DNA of 64,000 nt from Phoronis australis (lineage: Eukaryota > Animalia > Phoronida). Positions 1-37,961 of this stretch are shown here, piece by piece. The DNA is taken from the NCBI GenBank assembly GCA_002633005.1, contig NMRA01000011.1, positions 966,855 through 1,030,854 of the forward strand, read 5' to 3'. How positions within the stretch are numbered: position 1 is the first letter of the stretch; each line of letters starts with the position of its first letter. Under the pieces are notes generated by a model that saw only the letters and a program-made list of their open reading frames with translations, was not told the DNA's origin and made no database searches. The position numbers were made by a program, and so were the translations under genes.

Positions 1-23661
<23,661 letters not shown>

Positions 23662-24428
23662 GGTTTCTTCACCTGTGACCGCTCTCTGCTCTTTACTCGC
23701 AGTCGAATTCTTCTGAGACACGGTCACCTTAACGTGCTTGCTTGCTATCCGCCCAATTTCGAAAACTTAACCCCTGAAATCAGGGGATCCTCTTCAACAT
23801 AAATACAAATGTTGACTTTAAAACGCTGCATAAAACGCCAGTTATTTTTTGGACTGCATGAAAATAAACAAAATGGCGGTGCGGTGGAAATCGTAAGTAC
23901 AAAAGACTGGTTAATTAAAACACGACATTCAACTAACAAAGTAATTTAAAGTCTTAACAGTGTACATAAAACAATGAAATACTTTTAAACAATAAAAACA
24001 AGAAACATTATTATGCTTTTTAAGGATAATATGGAATATATTGAAGTTTTATTTTGCACATTTGTTACTCCTTACTTTTATTTTTAAAACAAGTGCAAGA
24101 TTGCTTACCACAATTCAAATAGTAAATCGACAGTATTAACAATTCCATAAAAATGTCTCAAAATAAAAAAACGCTATATTTACATACATGAAAACCCAAT
24201 GCTTCACTTTTCAGAAATATAAACATTAGTTAAAGGACATTTTGTCATCATTTATACTTGTTTACGCGACATAGACTACCCACAATGCAGTTCGGTTAAG
24301 TTTATTCACAGTCGATCAAAACGCGCAACGAAGAAACGACCCTTATTTGCGCGTCGTTTTTCTTTTTAGGACTTACATATTTTCATCAAACTACAGCCAA
24401 ATGATTTTATAGCGTTCAACAAGTAAAT
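23662..24428. promoter_or_regulatory. Bidirectional promoter between USP7 and HAPSTR1
   Basis: 767 bp between divergent ATGs on the contiguous copy; locally CpG-rich; YY1-like CAAAATGGCGG at 23869-23879; ZNF143/Staf-like ACTACCCACAATGCA at 24275-24289. Confidence 0.75.
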
Positions 24429-24903
24429 ATGGCCGACGAAAGAAACAGGGAGGCTGAAAGAATGTCTGAAAATTGGCTGAAAAATTGGGAAGACCAATGT
24501 TTGGANAGCAATTCAAATAGTAAATCGACAGTATTAACAATTCCATAAAAATGTCTCAAAATAAAAAAACGCTATATTTACTTACATGAAAACCCAATGC
24601 TTCACTTTTCAGAAATATAAACATTAGTTAAAGGACATTTTGTCATCATTTATACTTGTTTACGCGACATAGACTACCCACAATGCAGTTCGGTTAAGTT
24701 TATTCACAGTCGATCAAAACGCGCAACGAAGAAACGACCCTTATTTGCGCGTCGTTTTTCTTTTTAGGAGTTACATATTTTCATCAAACTACAGCCAAAT
24801 GATTTTATAGCGTTCAACAAGTAAATATGGCCGACGAAAGAAACAGGGAGGCTGAAAGAATGTCTGAAAATTGGCTGAAAAATTGGGAAGACCAGTGTTT
24901 GGA
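24109..24903. repeat. ~0.4 kb direct duplication (24109-24505 / 24507-24903) separated by a single N
   Basis: Near-identical copies either side of N at 24506. Confidence 0.93.
24429..24505 (+). other. Truncated duplicate of HAPSTR1 exon 1 start, ending at an N gap
   Basis: ATGGCCGACGAAAGA...TGTTTGGA then N at 24506; near-identical to 24827-24903. Confidence 0.85.
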
Positions 24904-27900
24904 GGATATTCAGGCGGAACCAAACATGGAGGAAAATCTCCATTTGGAACAACAACAGAGTGCTCAAAAGTTATGGTTATCGTTTCAAAACGCGGCTTCT
25001 TCTGTTGCGCAGTTATACAAAGGTGTGTACTCGTAAGACTGTAATGGTTGAGCTCAACATCTAAATTCACGCCTTACTCTAGTCTGAGGTTTGTCAGTAC
25101 TCAGTAGGGTCTGATTTTGAGAGTGAGACTGAAGTGAGTGAGAGGCTGGTAATGATGTCACTGAGAGCTCAGTTAAATATGCTAAAAATACTCTGCTAGG
25201 TTAGAACAGAGGTTATTGGCTAGAACCTGCCTGCTGGCTGATCTCAAATTTACAACATTTAGCGATAAAGCAGAGATACTCCTGGACTGCGCCTTTGTTG
25301 AGCCATTAACGCTTAAAAATTGAAAATGCCTAACGGCTGATCTCAAATTCACAACATTTTAGCAATATAGCAGGAATACTGGACTGCGCCATTAGCGCAT
25401 AAAAAATAAGGCACAAGTACATTGCAGTGTGCTTCCCAGGGAGCATCTTTTATAAACTGCAACAGTCTTCCAAAAACACAAGATTTTAGTCAACTTGCAG
25501 CCAGTCGGGTAAAACATGACTGTTGTTATTTCATTAGCACTTTGGGTTTCTGTTTCATATGTTACCACTTTAGTTACACCAAGTATGCTGGGCACAACTT
25601 TTTTGAAAAAAGGCTCACTTTTTATCAGGTATGCTCAAGGAGCTTTGGTTGAAACCAGGTCAGATAGGTCTGATATAGTAGCTCGGAAAGTATGCCATTT
25701 GTTACCAGTTTAGAGTTCTAAGACTTATGTTTCTCAAGATTTTCTGATGATTGCTCTTCAATTAATTGAATATGTGTGCTGTATTTTTGACTTCCCTTGA
25801 CAGATCTGTCTGAAGTCTGGTATGCAGATAGATAGGTTCAATCCTATCAGAATTGGGGAAATCCATTTCTTGCTGCGGCTTACTTTTCTTGTGGTATTCA
25901 AGATTTACTGCTTCAATGGGATGGTTCAGAGAATAATTTTGTACGTGCTTAGGGCGAGTTCTAATTTAAAAAAACAATTAAGTAAATTGCGTTTTTATGA
26001 CAATGATTAATACTGTTTTAAACTTTATTTCACAATTAAAATTTTGACAGTCATATTTACTTATTAATTTTGAATTAGTATTCTATTTAATGCATAAAAA
26101 CAGGTTTTTCTGATAAATAATAGCTGTCGAATACAAAATGATGATCGCTTTCATTCCCATCTATGTTGCTTACCATCTTCAAAGGGAAGTGAAGATTTTA
26201 GGGGGTTGTGTTATATCTTTATCAAATGTATTGAAAAGTTAAAATCCTAGAGTATATTCCTAGCATAGGCCTATCTGTGATGATTTCGTATGAAAGGTCA
26301 ATCGGTACGTTTTAATTAAAAAACATTGAATTAGCAACAAAAGACCAATATAGTTTAAATACTGAAAAAGTTTGAATTATTCTGAATTGATATCTTAGTC
26401 ACAACAAACAATTAAGTACTTGAAATTCAGAGCGTACGTCCATCACGTACGTCCGTCACACTAACTCAACTTATATCGAGCTCTCTGACAAAAGTTTCCT
26501 AGAAGGTATCAAAAAAATTAGTGTGTTGTACTTTGCAAACATTCCACTAAATCATCATGTAAAACAAAAAATTGTAACTTAATGCAACTCACAGAAACGT
26601 AATGTTAAAAAATCAAAAAAAAATTCAGATTCTCTGCGTACGTCCGTCACATCCCTTTAATGGCAATTTTCTCCGTCAGATTAAAAGATAGGGGAACAGT
26701 TGATACATGCTTTCAAAGCTATCAATGAGACCCATCAATTGATGTATTAATTATCTTCTTGGGATGAACATTTTTTCACAATTGATCAAAATGTTCTCTG
26801 AGTTTTCTGATTTTAAGACTGACATTTATTGATTGATTCCTCATTGCACATTTAATGGTTTATCGTTTATTGTATGTTAATGTAATAGGTGTTGAGAGGT
26901 GTTGGGGTCGTGGTTGCTGATGTTTTTGATTTCACTGTCGACCTCATCTTTAAATTTTATTCGTTTTCCCCAATTGTTGCTCCTCGGAACAGTTTCATGT
27001 AATTTGTTGGTGCCTTGCTTTTTCAAAATTTTCTCAGCTGCATTAAGTGTATCCCAATGCTAGTAACGCTGTATGGTTGTGGTCTGGGATGCAAATCTGA
27101 CTTCAGAGATTAGGACAAACTTGAGAAGTATCAGTGGCTGCGACATTTTCCCCACGATTCCTACTAGAATCCACCTGACATAATAACAAGACCAGTGTAA
27201 CAGCGTGTTTTCCTACCTCCAGGACATAAGCGATTTCTATCCGGGATCGTCTTATTGCTCTTACTCAGGGCTTGGAATTTTCCGCGGAAACGCGGATTTC
27301 CGCTTTTTTCAAATGTTCTTTCCGCGCATTTTGTTATATTTCCGCGTAAAAAAATCGGATTTGATATAAAATTTTCGCGGCAAATTCCTTTCTTACCGCG
27401 GCGTTGCAGATGACGTTCACCTCGAAAAGCGGAAGTTACTCTTTATGTTTCGGAGGAACGTAAGTTGTCAACATTGCCGGGGCATCTGGGATATTGTGGT
27501 GGGATTTTCAATGGCGACTCATGTTATTGGAAACCGCGGCGTCAAATACTGTGGCTCTGCAGCCAAAAATGTGTGGGTTGGGAGCAGACGGACGAGCTAA
27601 AAGGATGCAGACGCATGCTAGTGATGGTGGTAATGTTTTTTTTTTAGTCCTCTTGATTTTTGTCGAGAAAAGGTTCACACCGACCATTTCAAGGCTGGGT
27701 AGCGCGCATGATTTGGGCCGTAAAAGTTTCCGCGTTTTTTCTCATTGGTCATTCCAAGCCCTGCTTACTAGTGTGTACTAAATTTTTTCTGATAACTTTT
27801 ATACATAGCTAAATATTTAGAGCCATTTGAGTGCCGTCGAAAATGACAGCTCTTCCACAAGGTTAAACATATCTGGCACACTTCCACATGAATAACAGTG

Positions 27901-30900
27901 TTCCTTCATAATGATTCACATTACTGTTAACTGTACATTACACTGCAGAGCACTGCCACCAAAGTACTCTACTCTTTCATTTTATGATTGATGATAAAAT
28001 AGTATGTTGTGTCAAGCCTTGTAGGAATTGCAATGTGAACATTATGAATGTTTCCACAGGGGGTTAAACTGAGTGTAGGAAGCTGCATTTGTTAGGTATG
28101 CTTGAGCTGCCCTGCCACCACTGTTCAAAATCAACTATTAGACTGAAGTTAAGTTTTGCACTGTCTTTTGTTTTCAGATCGGCACTCTGGACTTGCCTTG
28201 TGGCTGCCATTTCAACATGCAGCAGAAACAGTGACCATGTTATACAGAGGTAATCGAGCTGAGGAGTCTGGGTGCAAAATGTTTAAATATTAACTGATTA
28301 GTAACTGGGTTAAATAGCAGCTGATTAGTTACTGGTTTATACTTCAGAGCTTAGTCTGTTGTACGGTACTTATTACTTGGTATGACTCTGCATGTCATGT
28401 AATTCCTTGTAGCTATGGAAATGAATTTTATGATGTTGTAGGAATTTGTAATCAGATCTACGACTACGTCAATAGTGTACAGTAACTGTAGTGGTTGACT
28501 GCATTATTTGATAGCTGATCAGTGGTTATGCGAGGTTCATTGGGTCTGTGCTCTTCGTCTTGCTGCCGCAAGTTTCCATTAGCAGAGCAGTTTTAACCAC
28601 TTATTCTGCATACTTTCCCTAAAGAGAGTCACACACTGCATCTTATTCACGCTTTTATCAACCAGTGACGCACACTCAGTAGGGTTTTGTTGTCAGCGAG
28701 TCAGGGGCATAACAACACTAATTATAAAATCGTTTTAAAATGAACTAATCTATGATGGGTTATTTATGAGGTATTTTCAATTTAATTGTTCTCATTCACT
28801 GGACTGGCAGGGAATAGTTTGCATGTGATTCCTACCTACCTTGGTTACCAAGACTCAATGTCTTCAAAAGATTTTTACATACTAGTTTTCAACCCACGGA
28901 ACCATGTATTTTTAAAACCTTTTCGTACATTGAAATTTAGCATTTAAAAAGATATTGTAAGAAATGTCATCCTTGGTAGCTAAGATAGATAACAAATTTC
29001 CTTCTGAGGCGTAGGCCTGATGAAACGGCATTGATGAGCAGAAGACCACTGATAGACTGGAATCCTTCTTGTTTACAGACAGTATAGACGTACAACGGAG
29101 AAGTTCTGATGTAGGAATACAGTGCGGTCATCAGAGGCGGACTAAAGACATTCTAGCGTGGGCGAAAAAGCGCAAGCGACACATTCGTAGGGAGGATCTC
29201 ATAGCATACCTTTGTGGCAAGTCACCCCCTGTGAGACCAAGGGCGTCGCCGCCGCACAGCCGCCTGAGTCCACGTCTTTCAATGGACAGATCATCGCCAC
29301 GTCTACCGACTCCTGACAGTGAAGAGCCAGGCACTGATCTGCAGATGTTCCGTGAGGCGTTAGTGTTACAAGGTAGGTAGAATCTTGATATGTTGATCAT
29401 GGCCATGTAGTTATTCACTAGGTGTTGGTGATGAAGAAAGGGGCCTCTTTTTAACATCTACTTCAGTGTAGAAAACTTCATCTGCGCAGGGCTAAGGGTG
29501 CCCCCACACTGAATGTGTGAGTTATAGGAAGGACCATTGTGTAAGTCACAGGCGCTTGAGTTTATCTGTTCCTCAGTAACCTCTGACGTCACTCACTACA
29601 CAATAAAACATAAGGGTTGGACACTAAGAATCGGTTTGCTCGGAATTTTATAATCCAATGTGCATAGAACTCCACAAAATCAACACCGAACAAATTTTTG
29701 AATACCTTCTTTCACTTGATCACTTCAAATTGCCTTCGAGTGGTGATTTGACAACAAAAAATGTCAAAAAAAGTCAAAATCACAAATTCAAGGACCTTAT
29801 TTTGTGACGTAAGACGTTCATGGCAGACTACCTTGGAGCAACCGGGTTTTTGGCGGGGACGCTACCAAAACAATTCCGGAGCTCTGTTTTTGTGTATCCA
29901 CGAATGTTATTTACTTAAGTGCCCTCCACATAACTTGGTATCAGTTTGAGTGTATTTAAACTCTTGTTATGTAAAATAATGTTGTTTACAACCGAAGTAC
30001 CACGGGTAATGCAAAACAACGTTGTTTATAACTGAAATACCACAAGTTGCTGGCTAATAATGTTGTCTATGGCCTACTGCGAAATCCAGCAGTTACCGAT
30101 AGGTGATTTACTGCGACTAAACTTACAGTCAGACATCGGAAATATTTGCCAAAACCGAGTGTTCGTTATGCTTCAACAAAGAGTAGCACATAATGTCAAG
30201 ATCAAACACAAGATACGCTGGTTCTTGCAATTAAATTCTAGATTAAGTGATAAAATGTGCAATAAGAGGAAATGAATTACAAATATTATAAGTGGAAGGT
30301 TATTTTTTAGTAACCGCAATCATCGAAATTGGGTGATCAATTTCTTGACTTTGACATAGGGGTTGATTGCTCAAACTCAACATTTTATCTTCGACAGACG
30401 TGCAGGTTAAAGCACACCTGAAATTCGCCATGTTAGCTATTTAAGGTCTTTGAATTCAGAGTTTTGAGTTTGTTTTGAAAATTCCATCGCCAATTCGCTA
30501 CTCACAAGGATAATTTAATGAGATCAAGGAAAGATAAGGCTTTGGAGGTTGATGCAATACCAGTCTGAAGGAGTTACACGCAGATTTTATTTGGATTTGG
30601 ACCAGTTGAAGTTGGGAGCTTCGGCTTGGCAAAGTGTTTGTGTCCAACCTTTATGTTTCTTATATGTGGTTATGAGTCATAGGGAAATTCGAGGGCCTGT
30701 GGTGTAAATGGCACTAGTAAATTATGATTTATAGAAAGCACCTTTGTTTCATTATCACCAGTGAATTATAATGGTATTGAGCACCATTGTGTACCCATTG
30801 GTAGTGAATTATGAGTTATATTGAGCACCATTGTGTACTCAGTGATAGTGAATCATGAGTTATATTGAGCACCATTGTGTACCCAGTGGTAGTGATTTAT

Positions 30901-31376
30901 GAGTTATACTGAGCACAATTGTGTACCCAGTGGTAGTGAATTATGAGTTATATTGAGCACAATTGTGTACCCAGTGGTAGTGAATTATGAGTTATATTGA
31001 GCACCATTGTGTACCCAGTGGTAGTGAATTATGAGGTGTAAGGAACACCATTCTGATGTATCTGACTACAAGAACTCATTTACTTTCTATGTCATCCTTT
31101 GGTGAAAGATTTTCATTGTTTTCATCTTACATTAAGAACTTGATTGCGGTGTGCATAATCTGTTAAAAAATTAAGATTTTTTCCCATTTTGTTTCAGGTC
31201 TTAATGGTGCTATGTCCAATGTAAGTGTGGACTATAGACATAGTCCCCAACAGGAATTTAATGGTTTCATCATCGATGAGCTCGCCAGACGCAGCGAGTC
31301 ACGGAAACGCAGTGCCAGCGCTGACGTTATCATGGACTCACCAACTCGCAAACGCAATCGAGTTTATTTTGAATGA
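24827..31376 (+). CDS. HAPSTR1: HUWE1-associated protein modifying stress responses (HAPSTR1/C16orf72/TAPR1 family), ~246 aa
   Basis: Exons 24827-25022, 28178-28249, 29079-29372, 31198-31376, all phase-1 GT-AG. Motifs WEDQCL, LWLSFQNAASSVAQLYK, LWLPFQHAA, KDILAWAKKRKRHIRREDLIAYLCGKSPP, TDLQMFREAL, C-terminal basic NLS RKRSASADVIMDSPTRKRNR, all recognisable from human C16orf72. Confidence 0.95.
25270..25670. mobile_element. Degenerate copy of the 17612-17924 repeat family
   Basis: Shared blocks GCGCC.TTAG..CATAAAAAA, GCATCTTTTA, TAGTCAACTT, TAAAACATGAC, GTTTCATATGTTA, TTTTGAAAAAAGGC. Confidence 0.6.
27266..27763. mobile_element. MITE, 498 bp, hAT-like termini, 6-bp TSD
   Basis: Perfect 13-bp TIR CAGGGCTTGGAAT/ATTCCAAGCCCTG; flanking direct repeat CTTACT (27260-27265, 27764-27769); CpG-rich. 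Confidence 0.88.
29547..30701. mobile_element. Non-autonomous TIR element, 1.15 kb, 8-bp TSD (P-like or hAT-like)
   Basis: Termini CACAGGCGCTTGAGTTT / AAATTCGAGGGCCTGTG; subterminal inverted AAACATAAGGGTTGGACAC / GTGTCCAACCTTTATGTTT; TSD GTGTAAGT / GTGTAAAT (7/8). Confidence 0.75.
30757..31035. repeat. 43-bp minisatellite x~6.5
   Basis: GTGAATTATGAGTTATATTGAGCACCATTGTGTACCCAGTGGT repeated. Confidence 0.93.
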
Positions 31377-34300
31377 TGCGCTCCCAGAAAATAGAGTACC
31401 TGTATGTTTCTTTAGGCTGAAGTTGTTCAGAAAAATCATGGTGTCAAATCAACTCGGATTTGCTGACAAAAGTTCTCTCCATCATTAAGTACTGTTGTAA
31501 TGCCAAAAAGTTTAGTTGGTTCTGGCTCATGCACGAATTAAACACTTGCAAATTGAAAACTGAAACCACTCCTAGTATTTATCATGTTAGTGCATTTGTT
31601 AATTGTAAGAATATAACAAATTTTATAAAATAACTATGTTACTTATCAATTATTAGGCCAGATATTTTAGGTAAAAACGTTTAGATTAAAATGCGTCCAC
31701 TCAAGCTTGTTTTTGAAAACCATCATTTGCCCGAACCAACGTAACATTTCTTGTGCTTGGTGAACTGTTATTGACATTCGTATATTCGCACGCAACTTAT
31801 TTGGTTATGAAAATATGTTGCACAACCTGTTGAGTATTCTTCCTCTTGCTGAATGTACTAGGGGTAAACACGACTTTAAGTGGACCGTTACCTTTTTTGA
31901 AGGCGTTTCTGAATAATTTCGCATGTTTTGATTACTGTTAAAGATGTTTTGAATCTTTTTAGTTTGTTGATTTTCATCAAAATGAAATTAGGAAAAATAG
32001 AACGTCCTCAAATTTGAAGTGTGGAGCAGTGAGCAAGTTCCCAAAATGTTTGCATGTTCACGTACATTGTGGATGCTCAGTCTTGCAATCTGGTAACAGA
32101 CCACTAATTTCTAATCCCGTCCTCGGTACATGCCAATATTCTACTTGACTTAGGTAATGATGACAGAAACAGGCTATAAAACTATTTGAGCAGTTATTCA
32201 GGTCTTGAGAAGCACAATATTTGCCTTGTGCCATCTGTAGTGACTCACTCTCGGAAGAATTGTTCATTTTGTTTTAATAAATATCGACTAAAAATGTTAA
32301 AATCATTGACAGTGGGCAAACACTGTACTTTAGCATATGACAGGTCCAACCACACGGTTAAGTTTCATCGAAGTATGGGCTGAGTGGATGAACTTGAGCA
32401 TTGGCAGCGCTGAACTATGAGTTAAGCGATAACTCAAGTTACGCATCTTGGAATTTTGTGAGTTTTATTTCTGTTGTTGCCAAATTGATCGAAAACGTCA
32501 AAAATCGTAACGGTCCTCTCTAGTGCATTATGTAGCTTTCTTTGCCAAAATTTGTCTCAAGAATTTTGCTTTTACTACTGTGGAGCAATATTGTGCTGTG
32601 ACGGTATTTTATAACCAGTTTAAAGTTTGTGTGGGAGAAAGTGTGTTGGTTCCACTCTTAACCTGTGCTGGTAGCCTCATCCTCTTTTGTCCGGGAGTAA
32701 TTGCCCTGAAAGTGAAACAGAACTCGTCTGTATGTTATGAGGATTTGTTATGTGTAATATATAACAATCAACAAACAGCCTTCTCGTGTTTGATGTTAAT
32801 TCATATCATTTCATGGGACAGAAAACTCGCAGAATTCATTCTTGTGCTGTGTTGTCCTCACATGGCTAGTTCTCTTGTTTAGGGTTTTGTGCAGGGCTTG
32901 CAATTCCCTCTTTTTAGAGGATTTTCTCTTTTTGGTTTTGATTTCCTCTTATTTGCCCTGCAGTTTCTTTCTTTTTTGTCTCTTTTTTAACTTTATTCAG
33001 TTAAATTTTACAGCACTAAGAATGTTTTTATTACATAAGCCTATTTGTGAAACGATACATCTCCTGGAAAAGTTTCCTGTGCTCTTTTTTGTCATTGGCC
33101 ATTCCAAACCCTGTGTGTGGGACCCCTGAAAAAATGTCCAAATTTGACAACTTGGAACATTTAATCTCATAAATGACAGAACTCCTATGGATCTTTCAGA
33201 TACTATGTTCTATGCAATCTTCTGTTAGGAATTGTTTTAACGTATAACTTTTTTGAATGGTGCACTGTCAGAGCATAGGACTTTCACAATTTTGTATGAA
33301 AGAAGTTGAAAGTTGCGTAATTGAAAACTAATTAATTGATAATTGAGAAAACTAACGTTTTTGAGATTTCAACTTGCACAACAACATCAAGCGAAATTTG
33401 GTCATGTTTTTGATAGCCTCGTTTTGGTTGGGTTGTACCCATCTTTTTTGCTAAAAAACATGGTCACGTGACCCAATTAATAGGTTCAATCGTCAAATTT
33501 TACAGGCTTTATATGGTCAGAAAGTACCCCTATGTACTTTCTTGAGTTTTGTAGGCATGTGGCTAAACACCCAGACTTATCAGTAAGCTGATACATAACT
33601 TTAGTAAGCATCACATAGTTTAGTGACTTTATTTTTTCTGTTAATGATTTCTGTTTTGGAGTATTCTTTTGCTGGGCTATTACTGGTAATTTTCAGTAAA
33701 GTGCACGGAGTGCTATTTGCTAGGAATATAAACAATGTTCTTGCTAGGCATTAAGTTTCAAAATCCAAGAATGAATAACTCAAAAAGACCCACATTTACC
33801 AGTTAAAAATTGTTTAATTCTAATTTCTCATCTTTGGTTTTCCAAAATTGATGCATTCGACGTGGTTTTGCTTATTTTTCAATTCAGCATATTAACTGCA
33901 CCATTGTAGTTATTCTAGGAGTGAATCTTTGATTTTCCAATGACGGTTGTACAGTGGCTGGAAATGTAAACACTTGGACCTCTGCTGCTGGTTATAGTGG
34001 GTGATATAACGTTTGATTGGCTGCAGTGTTTATGAAGGTCTGGCCTGCATTGTTTTTGATTCAGTTAGGGACTGAAAACTCCGGCCATTGTGGCATCAGT
34101 GCTATAGAATGGATCCAGTAACCAAACCTTGTTGAACCCACATGGAGACAGCAGCTGAATTCTTATTGTTACATCGTTTTTTATGACAAAAGAGAATATG
34201 CTCTGCTGTGTCCTTAGTGTTGGCAATACTTTTCATTTGAAACTTCCAGATGAAATCAGTGAAGGGATGCTGCTAGTGGCAGATTTTACCAATGACCAAG

Positions 34301-35233
34301 AAAAGAAAATGTTCAGGACTTCATAGTTCTCCTTGTTGTCTAAAGGGGGTGCTGAAGTTCTGACCTGCAGGTTTTTATTTCAAGCCTTTTAGATATCAAA
34401 CTGACATTGAGCCAATATCTATCAAGGTGATCATAAATATGACTGTGTTGACATCCCTACTTGGTTATAGGTCTGTCCTTTATTTACTTGTCCTAACAGC
34501 TTCCTTATTGGGTCTTCATAAATATCCACTTCAGCTCCTCAAAAGCATTGCATACAATCGACTTACCTTTGATAAGCAACGCATGGTCTGTATTCTACTC
34601 GATTCACACTTAATAGGCAGATAGAGTAAAATCCCACATCTTTTCAAAAGACTGCTTTTCAATTCCCCCTGATCTACAATTCCTGGTCAATGACTTGAAG
34701 CTCCTTAAAAATAATCTTTTCTGAGTTGATTCTTGAAATGGGCTAGTATCCGTTTCAGCTGGAGTTGAAAGTACCCCCCTGGGATGTGATAGTAGTCAGC
34801 CACAGACGTGGCAGAATGCAGTGCATGCCAACTGGAGAAACAAGACACTTGAATGGTGCATGGCTCAATTAAGATTAAACATTTCAACAAAAGATGGACT
34901 AGAGACACCTGTGGGCAACCTCCGGTAACGCATCTGCAGCTGTTTGAGCATTTATAACAGATCATCATGTGTTCATATTTAGCAGCTGGCCTGCGAAATT
35001 AACTGACCACAGTATGTTGTCCGAGGCAAAAATCTTTAGCAATTTCCTTTCAATTAGTCTGCACAGTAAGTGCTTCATTAGATATGCATTCATTAGTTAT
35101 GCATAGCAAGACCTCATTGAAGTGAAGGTGCCACTAAATTAAATTGCATTTGCTGATAGATACTGAGCCACAACTTAACAAATTTTCCAGAGTCTGCCCG
35201 TGACATAACATCCCCCTTGCAAATATAAAGGAA

Positions 35234-35259
35234 ATTAAAGTGTTAGTTTAATATTTATT
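35234..35259. terminator. Candidate convergent polyadenylation signals (HAPSTR1 ATTAAA plus; USH1G-like AATAAA minus)
   Basis: ATTAAA at 35234-35239 and TTTATT at 35254-35259, where the plus strand switches from T-rich to A-rich. Confidence 0.45.
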
Positions 35260-37961
35260 GATAACAAATTACACCATAACATAGACTGATTGACATGTTT
35301 ACCTCAAAACATCTGATAACCAATGCTAATATGACCGTAAAACTAGGCATTTATAAGCATAAGAGGCAGGCACTTGAATAAATATAACCTCAACAAAAGT
35401 TCAAAGCACGACCAACGCATTTTAGCAACTAGATTGATGTTCATAGACATTCCACGTTAGTATTGCCAGATCATAAAGCTTTTCATAAATGCACACACAA
35501 ACTGATGGAAAAATAACATAGCTCATAACAAGCACATGATAAAACTACGTAACATTCGCATATGGCTTGATGCAGAATGAACACAGAATCAGTGGGTATG
35601 AAGAACTCGCATGTCGTACCCAAATGATACATGCTGATCCACTTTAGAATGCAAAAAGCCTACAGGTATCTGCTGGTCAACCAGAAAATTTTTGAGTGCA
35701 AAACCATTTGATCTGCGCTGGTCAACTCAAGAATGCAATGTTCTTGAGGTCTACTGTAGTATTGTTAAACTTCAGAACATGCGATAAAGTAACACAAACC
35801 ATAAGATGACCTTTACAACACACTTGGCAGCTCAAGCAGTACATTATTTGACTATAGAGAGTAAAACTGCAATGCAAAAGCATTAACACCCAGGTTAGTG
35901 GTCTTATTACCATATGGAATGAATAACAAAACAATTGTTAACAAAATTTCACACAGGAAATGAGCGACAATCTTCATCTGCAGATTGGTCTCGAAAGATA
36001 TGGAACAATAATACTTCATACTTTTGTTACAATAGTTCAATATTTTCTATACTATGTCCACGTCTGTTTTCCTGCTTTGTCAGTTCCTTAATATGCACCA
36101 TGTAAGCTCACCTAATAATTCTATACGGCTAGTCCAAGTCCATAAACAAGACATTCTTTAAGCCGTGTACACTGTCTACTTTATAATCAAGCACCAGCAT
36201 CTCACAAACATCTGATCACTTAACAATACTTTTACCTGAAACAGTTTACAGACTTGGCAAAATCACATTTCCACTAAAGTGAAAACTTATATGCTAAAGC
36301 ATACTAAATACAGTACAAGAAAGCCTTTTTGATTTGAGAACGACTTCACAAAAAATATTCATTAATATGTTGTTCTTTCAACGCCCATAATTGCGGCTTT
36401 GAAAAGCTTATCAAGAATAATGAATTCCCAGTGAAGTAAACGTAAAGCAATAGTCCCTAACACACAGTATGAAATGTTTGCATATACAATCAATGATTAC
36501 GGAATATTTCCATGTCACTAATAAAATACTGATTTGAGGCAATGACAATTTCATAAAAATACTCTTCGTTAAAAACCAATAAATAAATTCAAGACATAAC
36601 AGACCTATGATTGTCAAATTACATATAAGTATTGGAAATCTAAAGAAATCGATGAGAGAATAAAGTGATTCAAAATTAAAATAATGGAATGTTAGTCTAA
36701 ATATGGAATTGGTAAGTTAAATGACTTCATAAAACTTGTGATTTCCTAACAAATACCATCCTGACAAAAATACAAGATAGAGAGCTGGCAATCACAGACA
36801 AGTGACTAACGGGTAATCACAATAGAAAACAACTTTTCAAACAGCAGATTTCTTTATATTTTGTTGCAACAACGTATGTCAACAAACTTTCAGGAAACCT
36901 TTTTTGCAAAAATCTTCATCAGTGTTGCTGCATTAGAATACCATACCATAAACTGCAATACATTATACTACAATACAATACAATACATACGTTACATCCA
37001 ATCAAAGTTGAAACAACATTCACATCCTGTGATCAAGAGGCAACTTACCGTAGGTTACAAAACAAACATGCTCATAGGTGGGCCAGGGTTCAGATTTTTG
37101 ACAGCCTGGCAGAAACATTTGGTATACGGTATTTAGGAATTTATTTGAAAAATAAGGAATGTTAAGAACATTTTCTGGAAGACTTATGAAATCATAGTAA
37201 TACTAACATGATCAACCATACAACGGCTAACATTGCTTCTTGGAGAGACAAAGAAGCTTACCAATAAAAAAATGATGAATTGGACAACTTCAAATAACAT
37301 TCATTTTGACCAGCCTACGTGTCTTCCAATATACTATAAGAGAAATAAGCATGTCTGGAAATCTGGAAATATCAAGACCTCAAGTATGGCATCAAACAAA
37401 AAATCAAATATGTCCAGTCAAGTAATTCAATCCATGAGCTGATTGTTGACATTCATGAACTTTGTGTTCTGGATGAAGACCACACTCCTGGTCAAATAAA
37501 AGAGAAATCTAGTCCAGAACAAAACACACGTACCTTTGTCAGTGTCAACAGTACGCCCATTTGAACTTAACTACATAACTAGATAACAAACTAGTGGCAA
37601 GAACATAGTGCACAAAAATATAGTGCACAAGAACATAGTGCACAAGTGGAGTTGGTTCACCGATACACAATACCAACTTTACCACAGCTGATTTATGATG
37701 AACAGAATACATGTGATGATGAAACGATGATTCTGTTTGACGGCGCGTTTTACACAGGTTTACGCAACCAATGAGAGTCAAAACAGCCTTAATAACTCAC
37801 CCTGAAAGTTTAATTTCAGCAACAGATTGTAATCCTAATGTACTTTCTATGCTACTTACAATAATTGAATGACCATCATCTTGCATTGGATATGTTACTA
37901 GTCAAGAATAACTAAAGACTTTATTGAGCGCACAGCTTGCAGTAAAAACAACAAAACATCA

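Noticed and set aside
34440-34968. Possible decayed coding sequence on the minus strand between HAPSTR1 and SANS
   Set aside because: Multiple stops in every frame, no family recognised; needs tBLASTx to assess.
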